From Perna viridis (taxonomy: Eukaryota), in NCBI GenBank assembly GCA_037379345.1, contig CM074524.1, forward strand, positions 14,318,750 to 14,382,749: 64,000 nt of DNA. Direction: 5' to 3'. Positions 39,481-53,400 of this stretch are shown piece after piece. The notes below the pieces were generated by a model. That model saw only the letters and a list, made by a program, of their open reading frames with translations. It was not told the DNA's origin and did not search any database. The position numbers were made by a program, and so were the translations under genes. How positions within the stretch are numbered: the stretch's first letter is position 1; every line of letters begins with the position of its first letter.

Positions 39481-40065
39481 TACATACATAAAGCAATTTA
39501 TTGCTCTTTGATAATATGCTTGAACGTAATTTTTTTATGAACACGTTTAAACGCATTAAAATAAATAAAGTAGATAGATATAAACACTGCAATATGATTA
39601 CAAACAAAAGAGATTCATTGTAACTTTATAATATCAGAATTTGGAATTCTTCACAAATTTAACAGTGGAAGAATTAATCACTGTAATAATCAAAACAATT
39701 TTAACCTCTGACCTTAAAAGCACTAAGAGCTGGATACCCGTCTGACAGGAAGTTTGCCTGTAATACCGAGTCAGGATCTTTACTAGTTTTGTATCTTTAA
39801 TGAAAACAAATGTTTATTTGTTTATAGCTCACATCCTAAAGTTTTGTAAAATTATAATTGTAAAATTGTAAAAGGCATGATCATTTAAATATCAATATAT
39901 TCAACTTGCAGGTCATCATCAATGTGAAAAATTCCACTGGTTAAACGATGTTTAACCTTTTTTTACATTTTCTTTTCACGTCTTCTACACGAAAACATTG
40001 GATTTCTGACACTTCATTGGGACTAGTGCAAAAATATCGGTGCGTCTATAGGATACGAGTGTATA

Positions 40066-40197
40066 TAATCCAAGGACGAGACACAAAAAACGATTCCTTC
40101 GCAGATATTCCTTTTTACAAAGTATAAACAAGCTCTACATATGAAAGAGCAACGTACAACAGCTGGCAACAATAACTACCAATAGGTTTCCTTTCAT
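40066..40197 (-). pseudogene. GPCR paralog 5' fragment, unit 2
   Basis: Copy of 20457-20588. Confidence 0.9.
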
Positions 40198-41896
40198 TGT
40201 TAATTCTAATATTCAAAATTGTAATTAAGATTTACTTCTTCAAAATGATCAGCACTAAGATAATATGAACGAACAGTTCATGACAAATATTTAAATCATT
40301 TATCATTAATACAGGAAAGATTCTATATCTATATAAGAAACAATGTTAAATTCTGGATCTGATTGACCACAACAATACGACCTTTTTCAAAGCAGATTAC
40401 TTTGTCGACATATGATTTTTAATGTTCTGATAAAAAGGCAACGGTGCCATAGAATTAAAAAAAATATTCCCATGCTTATATTTTTTTGCCTTCCCCAAAT
40501 TTGATTCACCACCAAAAATATCAATGGTTTAAAGACTGCTGACTACCGGTAAATATAAATACACCGAAAAGCACAAACAATATCAAATCAGAGGTATCAT
40601 GCTGGATGAAAACAGACGGTTGGAACAAACCTGGAATCCTAGATCAAATATGATCGAAACATTTGGGAGCTTAGTATCTTTTGTTTTTTTAGTTCTAGTT
40701 TCTGTCTTACTTGATTAACTATTTAAACCTTTTGATAATACAAAAAACTTTTTAGCGCTTTCTCATCACTGACTTAAACGTATTTATCATGAATGACAAG
40801 AAGTTTTTTTTCCAGTTTTCTTATAATATTTGAAAATGACTAAGCTTTTAACTTAGTTCAAATAACATAAAATCAAACGTGTACTTCTCTATTCCATTCA
40901 CTCTATTTTAACTCTGACAGTGATTCAAACCCTGATCTACTGTTAAAACGGGTCTAACTGCCATAATACTATCAAGGTTCATTGAAGTATGTCTTAGAAA
41001 ATGCATGTTCTGAATCTGAAAAATTTGTTAAACATGACTTTTTCAATTTATATACATGTACCATTTACTTTTTAATCAGCATTTGCTTTGTGATCTCTGA
41101 TATATTAAATAAAGCAATAAAATAAATATGAAAAGCTCTCTGAAATCAGTTATTGTAAGTTTGTAAATATATTAAGAGAATAGATAATTAAACTTTGCAA
41201 ATTCAGAATAAGAAAAATCTTAATGTAATAATTATTGTTTCTTAAGTCCCCAAAGTAACCATATTTAAAGTAAAAGTTAGATTCAGAGTGGTATTTTAAT
41301 GAGTAATCGAATAAACGTAAAAGTCCGGTCATTAATTCATTTCTCGAAGGGTGAGCCGGCAAATGTAAGTTTACATTGGACAAACTGACACCCCATTATT
41401 TGTTTTCAAAACTCGGAAAATGTTCATCCCATTTTTCAATTACTAAAAGATGTGACCCCTATAATATACATGACATTGGAAGGGTTTTTACTGAGTTTCA
41501 ATGCACTATAAAAAGAAATAATTTTTTTCTGTCAGAACTATACTTGAGTGTCAGTATCCGTGTCATAGTGAATTTATGTATAATTTCAATGGTATGCAAT
41601 GTCAAAACTTTATTTTAGTGCAAATCTGTTCAAATTTGGAGAAATTATAGCCAATGTTTTATGCATAAAATATTTATAATTCCCTCATTTACAGTACAAA
41701 AAATGATTGAGCATTTCACATCAGCTTCTGAAAAATATCATAAAGTGCATAAATTTATCTTATTATTCTACTGCCTGATCAGAATATAGTGTTTAACATT
41801 AGTGATTGATTGATTATTGGGGTTTAACGCCCGAACAGAAATATTTTAGTTATATTCAGGCGATGACCGTGAAATGGATGATAAAATGAACATGAA

Positions 41897-41931
<35 letters not shown>

Positions 41932-43165
41932 AAAATGAAAAAAAAGGATGGGACACAAGGATAATAGGGTCGACAAATTTTGGTTGCCACACTAGAAAAC
42001 GGGAGGGATGGGTAGGGTCGGGAAATTTAGCCTCTTGTGGCAGGACCCAAAGGTTCCTACTTCTATTGAATACCACAGTGGGATTCCTTAACGTACCAGA
42101 AACGTGACATATTTCCCAACACAGTGCACCACTATGGTTTTCGGTCAGGTTTTGCGTATTATAGTCTGACATCCCAAGCATGTAATACGCCAGGGGTACC
42201 CCTTTCCACCGCCTGGGGCACACATCCCAGTTGCTCTATGGGGGAACACCCTAGCCTAGGTTCTGAGCACTATTTAGTCGCCTTCTACGACAAGCTAAGC
42301 GCTGCTGCAGGCCTATTCTTTTGACACCCGGACCTGCACGAGGATAGTTTTGAACAGTACATCTGACGTATTTAAAATTTGTAAATTTGAAATGTCTAAC
42401 ATGTTAAGTATTTTTGCAAAGTTGCAAGTTTTAAAATAAGACATGTCCGTTTTACTGTCAAAATTAAATTGAAGTGTCATAGTGGATGAATGCGTATTTT
42501 CAATGGTATGTCATATCAAAATTTGAGTTCATACGTTTTCAAACTGGGAGATAATCTAGCCAAATATTATGTGCTTACAATATTTAACATTCATTTCATT
42601 TACATAATTTAAGAGGTGAAATAAGCATTTCACAGCAGGTCATAAAAATCTCAATTAGCATAAATTTATTTAATTTTTCTATTGCCAGAAAAAATGTGTT
42701 AATTTTGAACTTTTCTCTGACTTATTTGATACTTTGTATATATGAAATATATGACATTGAAGGCATGTCTTTAAATTTTCAAGGCATTTACAGAGAAATG
42801 GCAAAATTATACTTCAGCTGCAGTATTCAATTCATAGTGAAAACATGTATAATTCAAATGGTTTGACATATAAAATATGAGGTCAAATGTTTATATTTAA
42901 GGTCAAATAAGTCACAATTTGAAGAAAATCTAGCCAATATCATATGATTACAATAGTGATAATTCATTTCATTTACAGGACAAAGGTTGAATAGGCATTT
43001 CTCAGAAGCTAATAAAAAGTCACAAAAATTCAATTCAAAAATTTCAAAACATTCACTAATTGTTATATCGACTAATTTGGTGTTAAGCTGAATAATTTAT
43101 CTATTTGAATAACACTCTCTATATTTTAACGACATTACATGAGAAGTATTTCTGCCAAACGTCAT

Positions 43166-43449
43166 AGAGTAATCAAGGGAAGCAAGCTTATAGTGGTAAT
43201 CAAAATAATGTAATCCAGGGACAAAGACCAGACATGGAAAACAGACATACACAACAAAGAACATAAAGTAACTAAAATCATACATACAAGGTAACAAAAG
43301 CAAATGAGCAACTCGGACTCCACTAAAAACTGGGAGCATGGACCAGGTGCACCGGTAGGGTAAGCGTCCTTTGCTTTCTAGAAACACCTGCGGAGTTGCT
43401 CATAAAAAGTCAAGTCCGGGGTAGACAAAGAGGAAAGGAAAACTATGAC
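43166..43449 (-). mobile_element. Penelope-like 3' fragment, unit 2
   Basis: Copy of 23544-23827. Confidence 0.8.
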
Positions 43450-43591
43450 CCGTACAAAAGTATGATTAATCTCATGAAAGATCTTGAATGTTCATGAACA
43501 GAAGTTTTCAAGGTAAATAAGAGAGTACAGTACCAATCTTATTATTCAGCTAATCAAATGTTGTAATCGATCAGCAATTAAATAGATCATT

Positions 43592-44334
43592 ATGTTAACA
43601 GTCATCTGCAGAAATCCTATTCTTACAGACGAGAGTAGCAACATTTTCAACACAAGGCGGATAACAATGACAGCTAGAATTATTGACCCAGAAACATCAA
43701 ACCCATCAACAGTCTTTCTTCGAAATATAGACTATAAAGATGGTTCAGGTGAAGGATTTGGTGAAGCCTTTTTTAATGAAGCATCTCAATGGTCAATTCC
43801 TTTCTGGAAAAGTTCTGGCTTCTGTTCTGATGGGGCTTCCGTGATGACGAGTCGTGACAAAGGGATCCGGGGAAGACTTAAAGAGCACAAACCTCATTTA
43901 ATTTATGTCCATTGTATGGTTCATAGATTGGCATGTACGTTTTTGTGCTGGAATACCATTTGAAGAATAAAGACGTCATTTATTCTATTACTTCAAACAT
44001 TCAGCTATATTAGAACAACAGCTACGCAAATTACAACAGTTACTTAACCATCGAAATCTCAAGTACAAAGAAATTCATGCAGTGAGATGGTTATCTTTTC
44101 ATGAAGCTCTTGCGCGGTGTACAGGACCATTGACCAGTTGATGAGCTACACTACTTCTCAAAATGCGTCTACGGACCCGAAATCAAAGGGAAAATTAAAG
44201 AAAATGGCAACAACTGAATTGATTTATATCACATACCTGATGATTCATGTAATGGCAATGGTATCAAACTATACATGGTTTTCAAGAAAGAAGACTTTGA
44301 TGTTGTGATAGATAAGGTTAGTATATGTGAAAAT
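43592..44334 (+). pseudogene. hAT transposase relic, unit 2
   Basis: Copy of 23970-24690, retaining the 22 bp missing in unit 1. Confidence 0.85.
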
Positions 44335-45062
44335 GAGAGTTATGGGAGTATGAAAAAAAATCTCACCCAATACATTAAAAATTTTAAAAAATATGATATC
44401 AAGGAACAGGGCTTTTATTTTATTGCTGTTTGTTTTAATTTTTTTTGGTACCCTGGGGCATAAATTGACGTATATGAACTATATTTTGCACATTACATAT
44501 AAAATGATTTAAATTTACATGGGAACGGAATATACCAACTACCTTGCTGAACACCTACATATTACGTGACTAAATCATATAATCCAGATGTTAACGACAA
44601 TATGAGCAAGGTCATGTAAACTTTCACTTAACATATCCAATTTACATTTACTTGTATCTTCCCAATATTAAAATGGCAATATGACAGGCTCTAAAAGAAC
44701 ATTCATCATAACAAGCTAGTAGGGTATATATTATAGGAAGGCAAGATTGTATCAAATTAACCATATTTTTTATCATTATATTTTGATGTTACTGTACACG
44801 AATTAGTGGAATTAGTGAAAAAAGCAAAGCATTATGACCCATCGTTAATTATGACATTTCTCAATATTGAAATTGTGGATATTGTGAGTAAATCTATTGA
44901 CTAAATTGCTTGTTTACATTTTTAGCACTTAAACAGTCATCTAAAAGTATTATCTTTTCTTTTGTTGACTGATTGAACTATAACTTGTACATTTGAGATT
45001 CACATAGAAGAACTTACTGGATTCTTCCTACATTTTTGGTATGAGGACAATCAATACAGACA

Positions 45063-46662
45063 TACAATTATGGCCCTCCTGGTCACGCCATTACGGGAGA
45101 TTTAAACATGATCAAAAACGAATCTCTGCGTAATGACCTTTTTAAAGGTCCCAAGTACCATGAACTACGCTTCATTAATTGGAATTATAACTTTAAAGTT
45201 CTTATGGACGCGGTGGAGGACTACGCAAGAAAATGGATAAAACGAGAACAAGAATACATTGATCCACTGTAAGAGTGGGTAAAGGCTGTGAGGTCCATAA
45301 TTTTGAAACGTATGAAAGTTTGAGTTGGGCAATGTGTGTCAAAGCTAATCAGTTCTCAAAGACCCCGGTGTAACAAAACATTGTCTACTATACATGACAA
45401 ATATGTTGTCGTACCAGCAAACAAAGCCCAAAACAACATTGCTTTTGTCTGCAAAACTTTTTACATCCAATGTTTATTATCAGAAGTAGATGTAGAAAAT
45501 AATAGCAATAATAGGACCTAGACTGTTACCACAATATCCAAAGATAGTGGAAAACCATAAATCTATGCTATCCTCTTTTGGTCTCTATACCAAAGATGAT
45601 GATTGTGATCTACCATATATGTACTGGATTCCTAAACTCAACAAGTACCCATACAAACAACACTACATAGCTGCATCCGCACAATGTACCACAAACCCTA
45701 TTTCAAAACATTTTATTTCTATACTCACAACTGTCAAAGAAAGACTCAAATCTACTACGACACTTATTACTCCTTTAGTGGTATTAATTCAATGTGGATC
45801 CTAAATCAAAGAAGGATCTTCTGGAAACCCTAAATTCTAGATTGTAAACCTATAATTTTTCCTCTTTATTCTTCTACTTCCAATACTCAGTCAAAATCCC
45901 GACTCTAAAACATCATACATCGTGATACCCCGAAAAACACGATACACAAAGATGCAAATATGTAGTTCTTGGTACTTTGCTACCTTGAAGAACTTGAGGA
46001 TACTACATGCACTATGAAGGCAGCCTCATATCTTTAACTACTCTGAGAGATCGATGGTAAATAAAAGCTATTGACCAACCTATACGACAAACGCAATAAC
46101 TTTTAATTCCGTATTGGAAACTTTCCTTTCATCTGTGGCAACATCCCTCATCACTTGCGTATGGAGTTTTCATGTCAGAACTCATACGTTATGTCAAAGC
46201 TTGCTTTAACTACGCAGACCTTTTGTTTCGTGCTATACTTCTTACAATCAGGCTTCTGGAACACGTTTATGCTGCTACAATATTGAAGTCATCACAACAA
46301 AAGTTTTTTGTCGTCATCAAGAACTCGTGGAAACTTACGGCGTATCCATCTGTACCATGAAAACTGATTTATTCAGCGTGTAATAGTTTTCCTTTCCTCT
46401 TTTTTCTACCCTGGACTTGACATTTATGAGAAACTTGGCGGATGTTTCAAGAAAAAAACAGAGGACACTTATCCTACTGATGCATCTGGTCCATGCTCCC
46501 AGTTTTTAGAGGAATCCGAGTTGCTCATTTACTTTTGTTACTTTGTATGTATTATATTTGTTATTTTATGTTCTTTGTTGTCTGTGACTGTTTTCCAAGT
46601 CTGGTCTTTGTCCCTTGATTACATTCGTTTGATTTCCGCTAGATTACTCCCTTGATTACTCT
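45063..46662 (+). mobile_element. Decayed Penelope-like RT element, unit 2/3 junction
   Basis: Near-identical to 25420-27020. Confidence 0.85.
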
Positions 46663-47834
46663 TATAACAGGTATGCGAAATAAAGCAGAATGTATTTATA
46701 TGAGAAAAATGCTGTAAATTTTGCAAAATTGAGTAAGACTTAGCAGAACTTAAAAACAAAAACTAAGAAAAATTGAGTTAAACTTGACAAAATATAGTAA
46801 AATGATTTTAATAAAATTTGGATCTGGATAACAATCGAAATGAACATTATTATCAACCTCTTCACCTTACAAGGAAACATTGACGAGGGAAGACATTGAG
46901 TTGGTTTGAAAGGTTGAAAGTTAGGGTTTTTGAGATCTATAGTAGCTTAAACAGTTGTGAAAAGATTGTAAATTTGTGCTGTTGTGTGATTATTAATATA
47001 TATCAAGTATTATTTAACGGCAATCTATTCCATGTAAATACATGTAATAATCTAGGACATGCAACAAAAATTGCATTTTTTAAAAAGTACATAGAGTAGA
47101 TTTCGCCATATATATATATATATATATCGTCTTAAAATGTGGGTATGAAAATACGTGCCAAGACGTCTTTTGATTGAAAGCATGTGCTGCTTGATATTTC
47201 CTGTGACTATGCAACACTGATACGATTTTGTCACCTTTCAGCATTCCTTGCCTTTACATAATCAAATTATCAATCTTTCTAACCTTAAATAACTTTAATT
47301 ACCTTAAAAATGTTTTCCTTACCGGATACGATAATCCGTATTTGAAGGACTTCATAACCTGACATCTCAGAATTTTCTAAAGCATAAACTAAATCATAAA
47401 AAAACGTCTTTGAATACTTTCTAGAAAACAAAATTAACTTATTAAAACCTAACGATGTTATACTAATGAATTCTATAAGTTTTCTGTTCTACGCACACTC
47501 ATTGTGTTTTTTTATCAAATACAATATTCACCAATTTCTTAACTACTTCTTCGTCTCACTCACTTCCCTTTACGTCAGTCAAGCGTCAAACTATTTTAGC
47601 CAAATCTGTGTATAAATATCAATCGATAACCAATCAAATACCGAATATAATCTGGAAAAATCCACTAGTCTTTTAGAATTTCCTTCAACCTTTACCTTTA
47701 ACTTTATATAGCATGTTACCCAAACAGATTCTCTAACTGCGATGAACAGCAATGGAGTTGGACGTCATGCAATGTGACGAAGGGGTTTATAACAACTTGT
47801 GCACAACATATATATCTCCGTGACAATTCATGAC

Positions 47835-48791
47835 TTAAAATTTTCCTGCGATTCTAGAAAGTCCCTGTTCATGTGTAGCAAAACTACTTTCATTGCTCTT
47901 TAAAAGTTTAGATCCAATTGTGGCAGAGACTGTTTCTTGCTCTTGCTTGACATTATAAGTTCGTTGTTTCGTGTTTATTTGAGGGGTATTGGATATTTGT
48001 TGCATTTCTCCATTGACATGGGCATCTCCTACAACTGTCGTTGTGTTCACTAACCCACATCTGCATCTCAACTCCTTTCTGAACACTTTCATCCTCTGGA
48101 GGTACACAACAGGATCAATAAGTGGATTTAACAAAGTACTAATAGACAGTATTTCTACTACACGTAACGATTGAGCAGTATGTGCATTTCTGGTATCGAA
48201 AATCTAGAACAAATAAATTTGTCGTAGGATGTAAGCTATAAATGCGGCTGAAATTATAATGTATGTTGTTATGATGTTCCGCTTAAGCGCTGCAATTTTG
48301 CAAGATGAAAATATGTTTTGATTTGATGTAAGAAGATCGTTCACTCTCAGAATATGTTGCTTTAAACGAAACCTGATGATCAAACAACATGAAGCAATAG
48401 CGGTACCGAGGACAATAAATGGCACATAATACATTAAGTAATATTTTAAAATTACAGTTTCCGAAAGTCCCCATCTAATTGGGTAAAGAGAAATTGAATA
48501 GTTAATAGAAAACCCAAGAAGCGCGTAAATGTGAGCTATGACAAATCCAGCAATAGTTGATTTGTGTGACGTCATAACCGAAAGTATTTTTTTTTGGTAT
48601 ACACAAACGTTGCTTTGATCTGAACCTAGCTAATCTGAAGCGTTTGGAACAAGGAAAAAATAAGAGTCCCACCAATCGGGTTTATGAATGTAGTACATTG
48701 AGTAGAATAAATAAGACTTTCGTTGGCTCCAAATATGAACTAGCAAAGTACAACAGCTGGCAACAATCACTACCAATAGGTTTCCCTTCAT
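47835..48791 (-). pseudogene. GPCR copy 3 (pseudogene)
   Basis: ATG at 48791; 128-bp deletion at ~48727 (copy-1 8576-8703); TAG at the codon where copy 2 has TAA (~48627); T7 to T9 expansion at ~48590; Trp to TAG at 48206-48204. Confidence 0.92.
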
Positions 48792-50061
48792 TTTTTATTC
48801 TTATATTCCAACTTTGTAATTAAGATTTACTCCTTCAAAATGATTAGAAATAAGGAAATATATACAAATAGTTCATAATAAATATTAAAATCACTGATCG
48901 TTAATACATTAAGGATACTATAACTATATAAGAATCAAAGTTAACTTCAGGATCTGATTGGCTACAACAATACCACCTTCTTAAAACAGATGACTTCGTC
49001 GACATATGTTTTTTTGTGTTCTGATAAAAAGGTAAGGGTTCCATAGAATAGAGCAATGTTTACTCAAGTACATTATGTTTGCCTTTCACAAAATTGATTC
49101 ACCATCACAAAGAACGTTAGTTATTTAAAGACTACTGACTACATATAAATACACCATATAGCACCAACAATTATATGTATCATATTGCCTACACAACTTA
49201 TAAATATCATGTTTGTTCAAAACTGCCCCTCTGTGAAAACAAAATATTGTTCACAAAGTAATAAAATCATTACAAAAATACAACAAGAATGAAATATAAA
49301 GAAAAAATGCAAAATGTATCTGCGAATGTTTATTTTATGTTACCATATTTACAGTCAGTTGTCAACTTTCAAGACCTCCGTCCGTTTACATAAATAGACA
49401 ATATTGCACGCAACTACACTATTACGAAAATTCACAAACACACTATGTTTAATTCTTAGGCGAATCTGTACTTTTATACACTTTACTTTTCTAAGAATTG
49501 AATATTTTAGTTCTCCGAATCGACCGCCTGCAGAAATTGTCGTATTTTAATCATTTTGGAATGGATGGAGTTCATTACAAGAATAAACTGCTTATTACTA
49601 AAACTCAAATTGAAAGAAATAAATTATTGATATGAATATCTTTCAAGTAAAATAAAATAACTATGTCATTTGTACTTCCTTACTTTATATATCAGTATTG
49701 TAAGATAAGGGTAGTTAGTTCGATCTAAGTTTAAAATTTAAAATAATAAGAAAAAAACATTTAAAATAATGATTATACGAAACCAGTAAACTATTTGGTA
49801 TACTTGCAGATCTTAAATTCGTCAAATGTTTTGAATCAATAATCATTTTTTACAACGAACACGTTTGTAACTCATTACTTGAGATTCCATTGACATCAAA
49901 AAGGTATTCGACCATTCAATATTTTTTAGCATCATCAAAATATTACTTGGTGGAACAATTATTTTTCAATCTGTAGATGATGTGAAAATAAGAAACGAAC
50001 TGGTTATAATGTTTGTTATTTTGAAAGGTTTATTTATTTCCTATTCATAACCTTTAAATTA

Positions 50062-50436
50062 CAGTACCTGAACCAGTCCGTGCAACAATTTTGCGATCGG
50101 TCATCGCTCACCGATCTGTTTCTGATCAGTCATTGATCCGTCGAACCGATACATTAAACCGGCGATTGCATCACGTGACCACAGAATCGTCAAATATTTT
50201 ACAGATTTTGTTGTTTTATTTGTTAATTTTACACATATAAACTTAATACAGTAGTTTAAAACATCAATTAATACTTTTATTTTACATTTGTTTCATTTTT
50301 AACAGATCATTTGTCATTTTACATAACAAAACTGCGATCAGATCGGTCACCGGTCATCGGTTATCGATCCTTCATCGATCAATCAGTCAGCGGCCATTGA
50401 TCCGTCAAATTGTTGCCCTGATCGGATCAGGGACTG
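50062..50436. mobile_element. Tc1/mariner-type MITE, unit 3 copy of 10039-10413
   Basis: Same termini. Confidence 0.75.
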
Positions 50437-53400
50437 TAGCTAGTCCTTGTCTGCCAAATAATAATAGGATAATTAATAGGAACAAGTGAACAACCAAAAT
50501 GTGACCACGAGTGCCGAAGGACGCATAGATGAAACGAACGGGCGGAACTTGTTCCTCGCATGAGTTCAATCTCAATGCGTTCTTGCAACGATTGATCATA
50601 TTTTGGTTATTGACGACAACTAATTGATTATCCTAAATATTATATAGATTTTCCCATTATTCATTGCTATTTTCAATATAAATTTTAAATTTTGTGATTC
50701 GGTTGATCACTGCTATCTGTACAATAGTACATTTGAAGAAAAAAAAAACTTTAAATTTTAAAATTTATTTTTAAAAAAAAATACGCTGGCAATAATATTG
50801 TTTTTAAAGAATCATTCTACATAGCTGTAATAACAAATAGAACCAATATGTCGAATTACCCTTGATTTATGAGACGTAAAAATTTGCGGAATGTAGTAAA
50901 AGGAAAAAAAAGAAAACTAAAACATTAAAACTAAAAACAACTACTCTGCAAACATAACGAAATGACCAAATACTGTTACAGAGATTTTAGTAATTCGATG
51001 AGAAAAAAAAACGGATGTAGAATGTGTAAAATGTCTAGAAAAAAGTATTCAGTGTTCTGGGCTAAACATTAAATCTGGAATATAAATAAATATAAAAAAT
51101 ATAAAAATAATATATAAAAAATAATCTGGAATGGATGAGTTGTATTGTCATAGAGCATATTGGACTTTAAATATGAGACCAGAATTAGAACAAAGACCAT
51201 GATTTTCCTCTGATCCAGGGACAAAGGCAAGATCAGATAAAATTATGAAAAAAATACAAATGATCTGAAATATACACACAGAAACTAAACATGAATAATT
51301 GCAACAGGTGGGTCGATTGGCTATACGCGTCACCGTCCCTCGTACCAAGTGAATCAACAAAAATCAATGACTGATAAATGCGTACTGACCCTTCTACTTA
51401 TACTCCTGGACTCACCTTGACACCGGTTAGTCCCACTGGTACTGGACTTCAGAAATTTCAATATATTACACTACATGTAAAAAGTGCGGGATAATGCCAA
51501 ACATATTTCAGAAGTAAATGAGAAGCTGTTGCATCTAATTTTATCCACAAACGTGAGGACCTATTGCTCTTAGTGTACTAATCGGACTGGAACAAAGTGA
51601 AAAGTCTATTTCATTCATATGTACTTCTTAGTAGGTACAATCCTTCTGTGAAATGACAAATTCTTTCTGAAATTTGAAGAAACATCCTACAAATGGCTAA
51701 ATGTTCCATTCGTACTGCAGGTCTTTGCACAGTGGTATTGTTTGATTTATTGTATAAAATTGACTTGCCATGAGAGATTATTTCATCCCTTCAGTTACAC
51801 AAAATAAAAATTGAGCAAACCATTCTACGCTTAATCAAAAGAAAAAATGGTGTACCTAGTATAAGAATGGTGTGTTATTGCATGTATCACTTCGTCGTAC
51901 ATATAAAAAGGAATAGATTGCCCATATTTTTTTTCTGAAATACTTCGTTCACTGTAGTAAAAAAGTCATCAATTAAGAAAAATTATAAAGCAATGATTCT
52001 CACATCTATGCAATATATTTTTGTTGCTGGATTTAGAGTTGATTGTCATCAATTGAAAATTCGTCCTTGTCTATATAACATGCAAGCGTAGGGTACTGAT
52101 ACCATTTAAAATTGTTATGTCCCGCTTTGCAGGAGACACAAAGTGTGCGTCTACCCATGACTTAGTTATTTCGTCGTTAGAAGTGCTCACGCCGTGTGAC
52201 GTTTTTAGTCCCTTTATAGCAGAGCCTATCCGCTAAAGGGGTTATATGTGGCAGTTGCAGTTATAGGTTTGGAGAGGTGATTAAATCTACATATGATTAA
52301 TGTTTCTCCTGGCAAGGTATGTATTGATGTAATTTCTTAAATTAGTACAATGGGCAAATACTACCGTGAAATTTGCTTCTCATAAACATAAAACGTTTTT
52401 CTTAGGTCATCTAGTACAAAACTAAGATCATGACCTTCGTCCTTCAGAAAAGGCAGATTAATGCGACACATGTGTGATTGTCTACGATGTGCTGTAGCTG
52501 TTTATGTTAGATCATCGTGTACACTGCCAAGTTCAAACTTTAATGTGCCCGGTTTGTAACTAGGAAGTACAAAGTGGTCTTTGTCCCGGTCCGCTCATAA
52601 TTTTCGTCACAAAATCTTTGCAACAAACTATCAAAGTCATTTTGAAAGAAGATTTATACGGGCATTCTGTATCGTTGGATTCGATTTCGTACTGAAGCCA
52701 CATTAACTTCTTTTTGTTTTGGACGATTTTGTAAATAATTTGGCCATATGGAGTCGAAAAAGTGGTATCTGTTTGGAAGCTTAGTTTCTTCAGTTTTTTT
52801 GTTCTAGTTCTAGTGAATAAACCCAGTCAAAATAAAACTGAAAAAAACAAAGTATGTCTACTTAAACGCCAATTTTGTTTTACTTAGTCATGTAACACAA
52901 AAATAGGTCGTCTTATGACATCAACGCAAATAGTGTAGCGTTGACTAGGATTCAATATGTCTAATACAAAGTTTTGTGCCTTGAGTGGACACATTATATC
53001 TGCCTCAACGCAAAAAGTGTTCACGTAGATATTTGTTGTCTAACTTAATACAAAAAAATTGTTAACATCGACATTTTTGACTATCTCATATCTCTATATG
53101 AACATTTGTTTCGGTTTTAATTAACAAAAATGACTAATGTAACATTTTGTACCTTGGTGGTAGACAAGATGTAATTCTCAAAGCTAATGTGTTGGTTGAG
53201 ACATTTTGTGTTTGTATTGCCAAAAAAATGACTGTGGATGGCTATGCCAGTCATTAGTTTGTCTAGAATTGTTAACGATTAATAAGGTATTTTGTTATCA
53301 TGGTACTGATAACTGATTACTCCTTGAAACACGTGTACAGCATTACAAAATTAACACAAATAGTCAACCCGTGGTAAAACATTAACAAACTTGAGTTTCC

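Larger units (their letters stand above)
25556..45198. repeat. Tandem segmental duplication, unit 2 (19,643 bp)
   Basis: Near-identical to units 1 and 3. Lacks 898 bp (unit-1 12139-13036) at 32642/32643 and lacks the 6.3-7.0 kb element. Confidence 0.95.
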
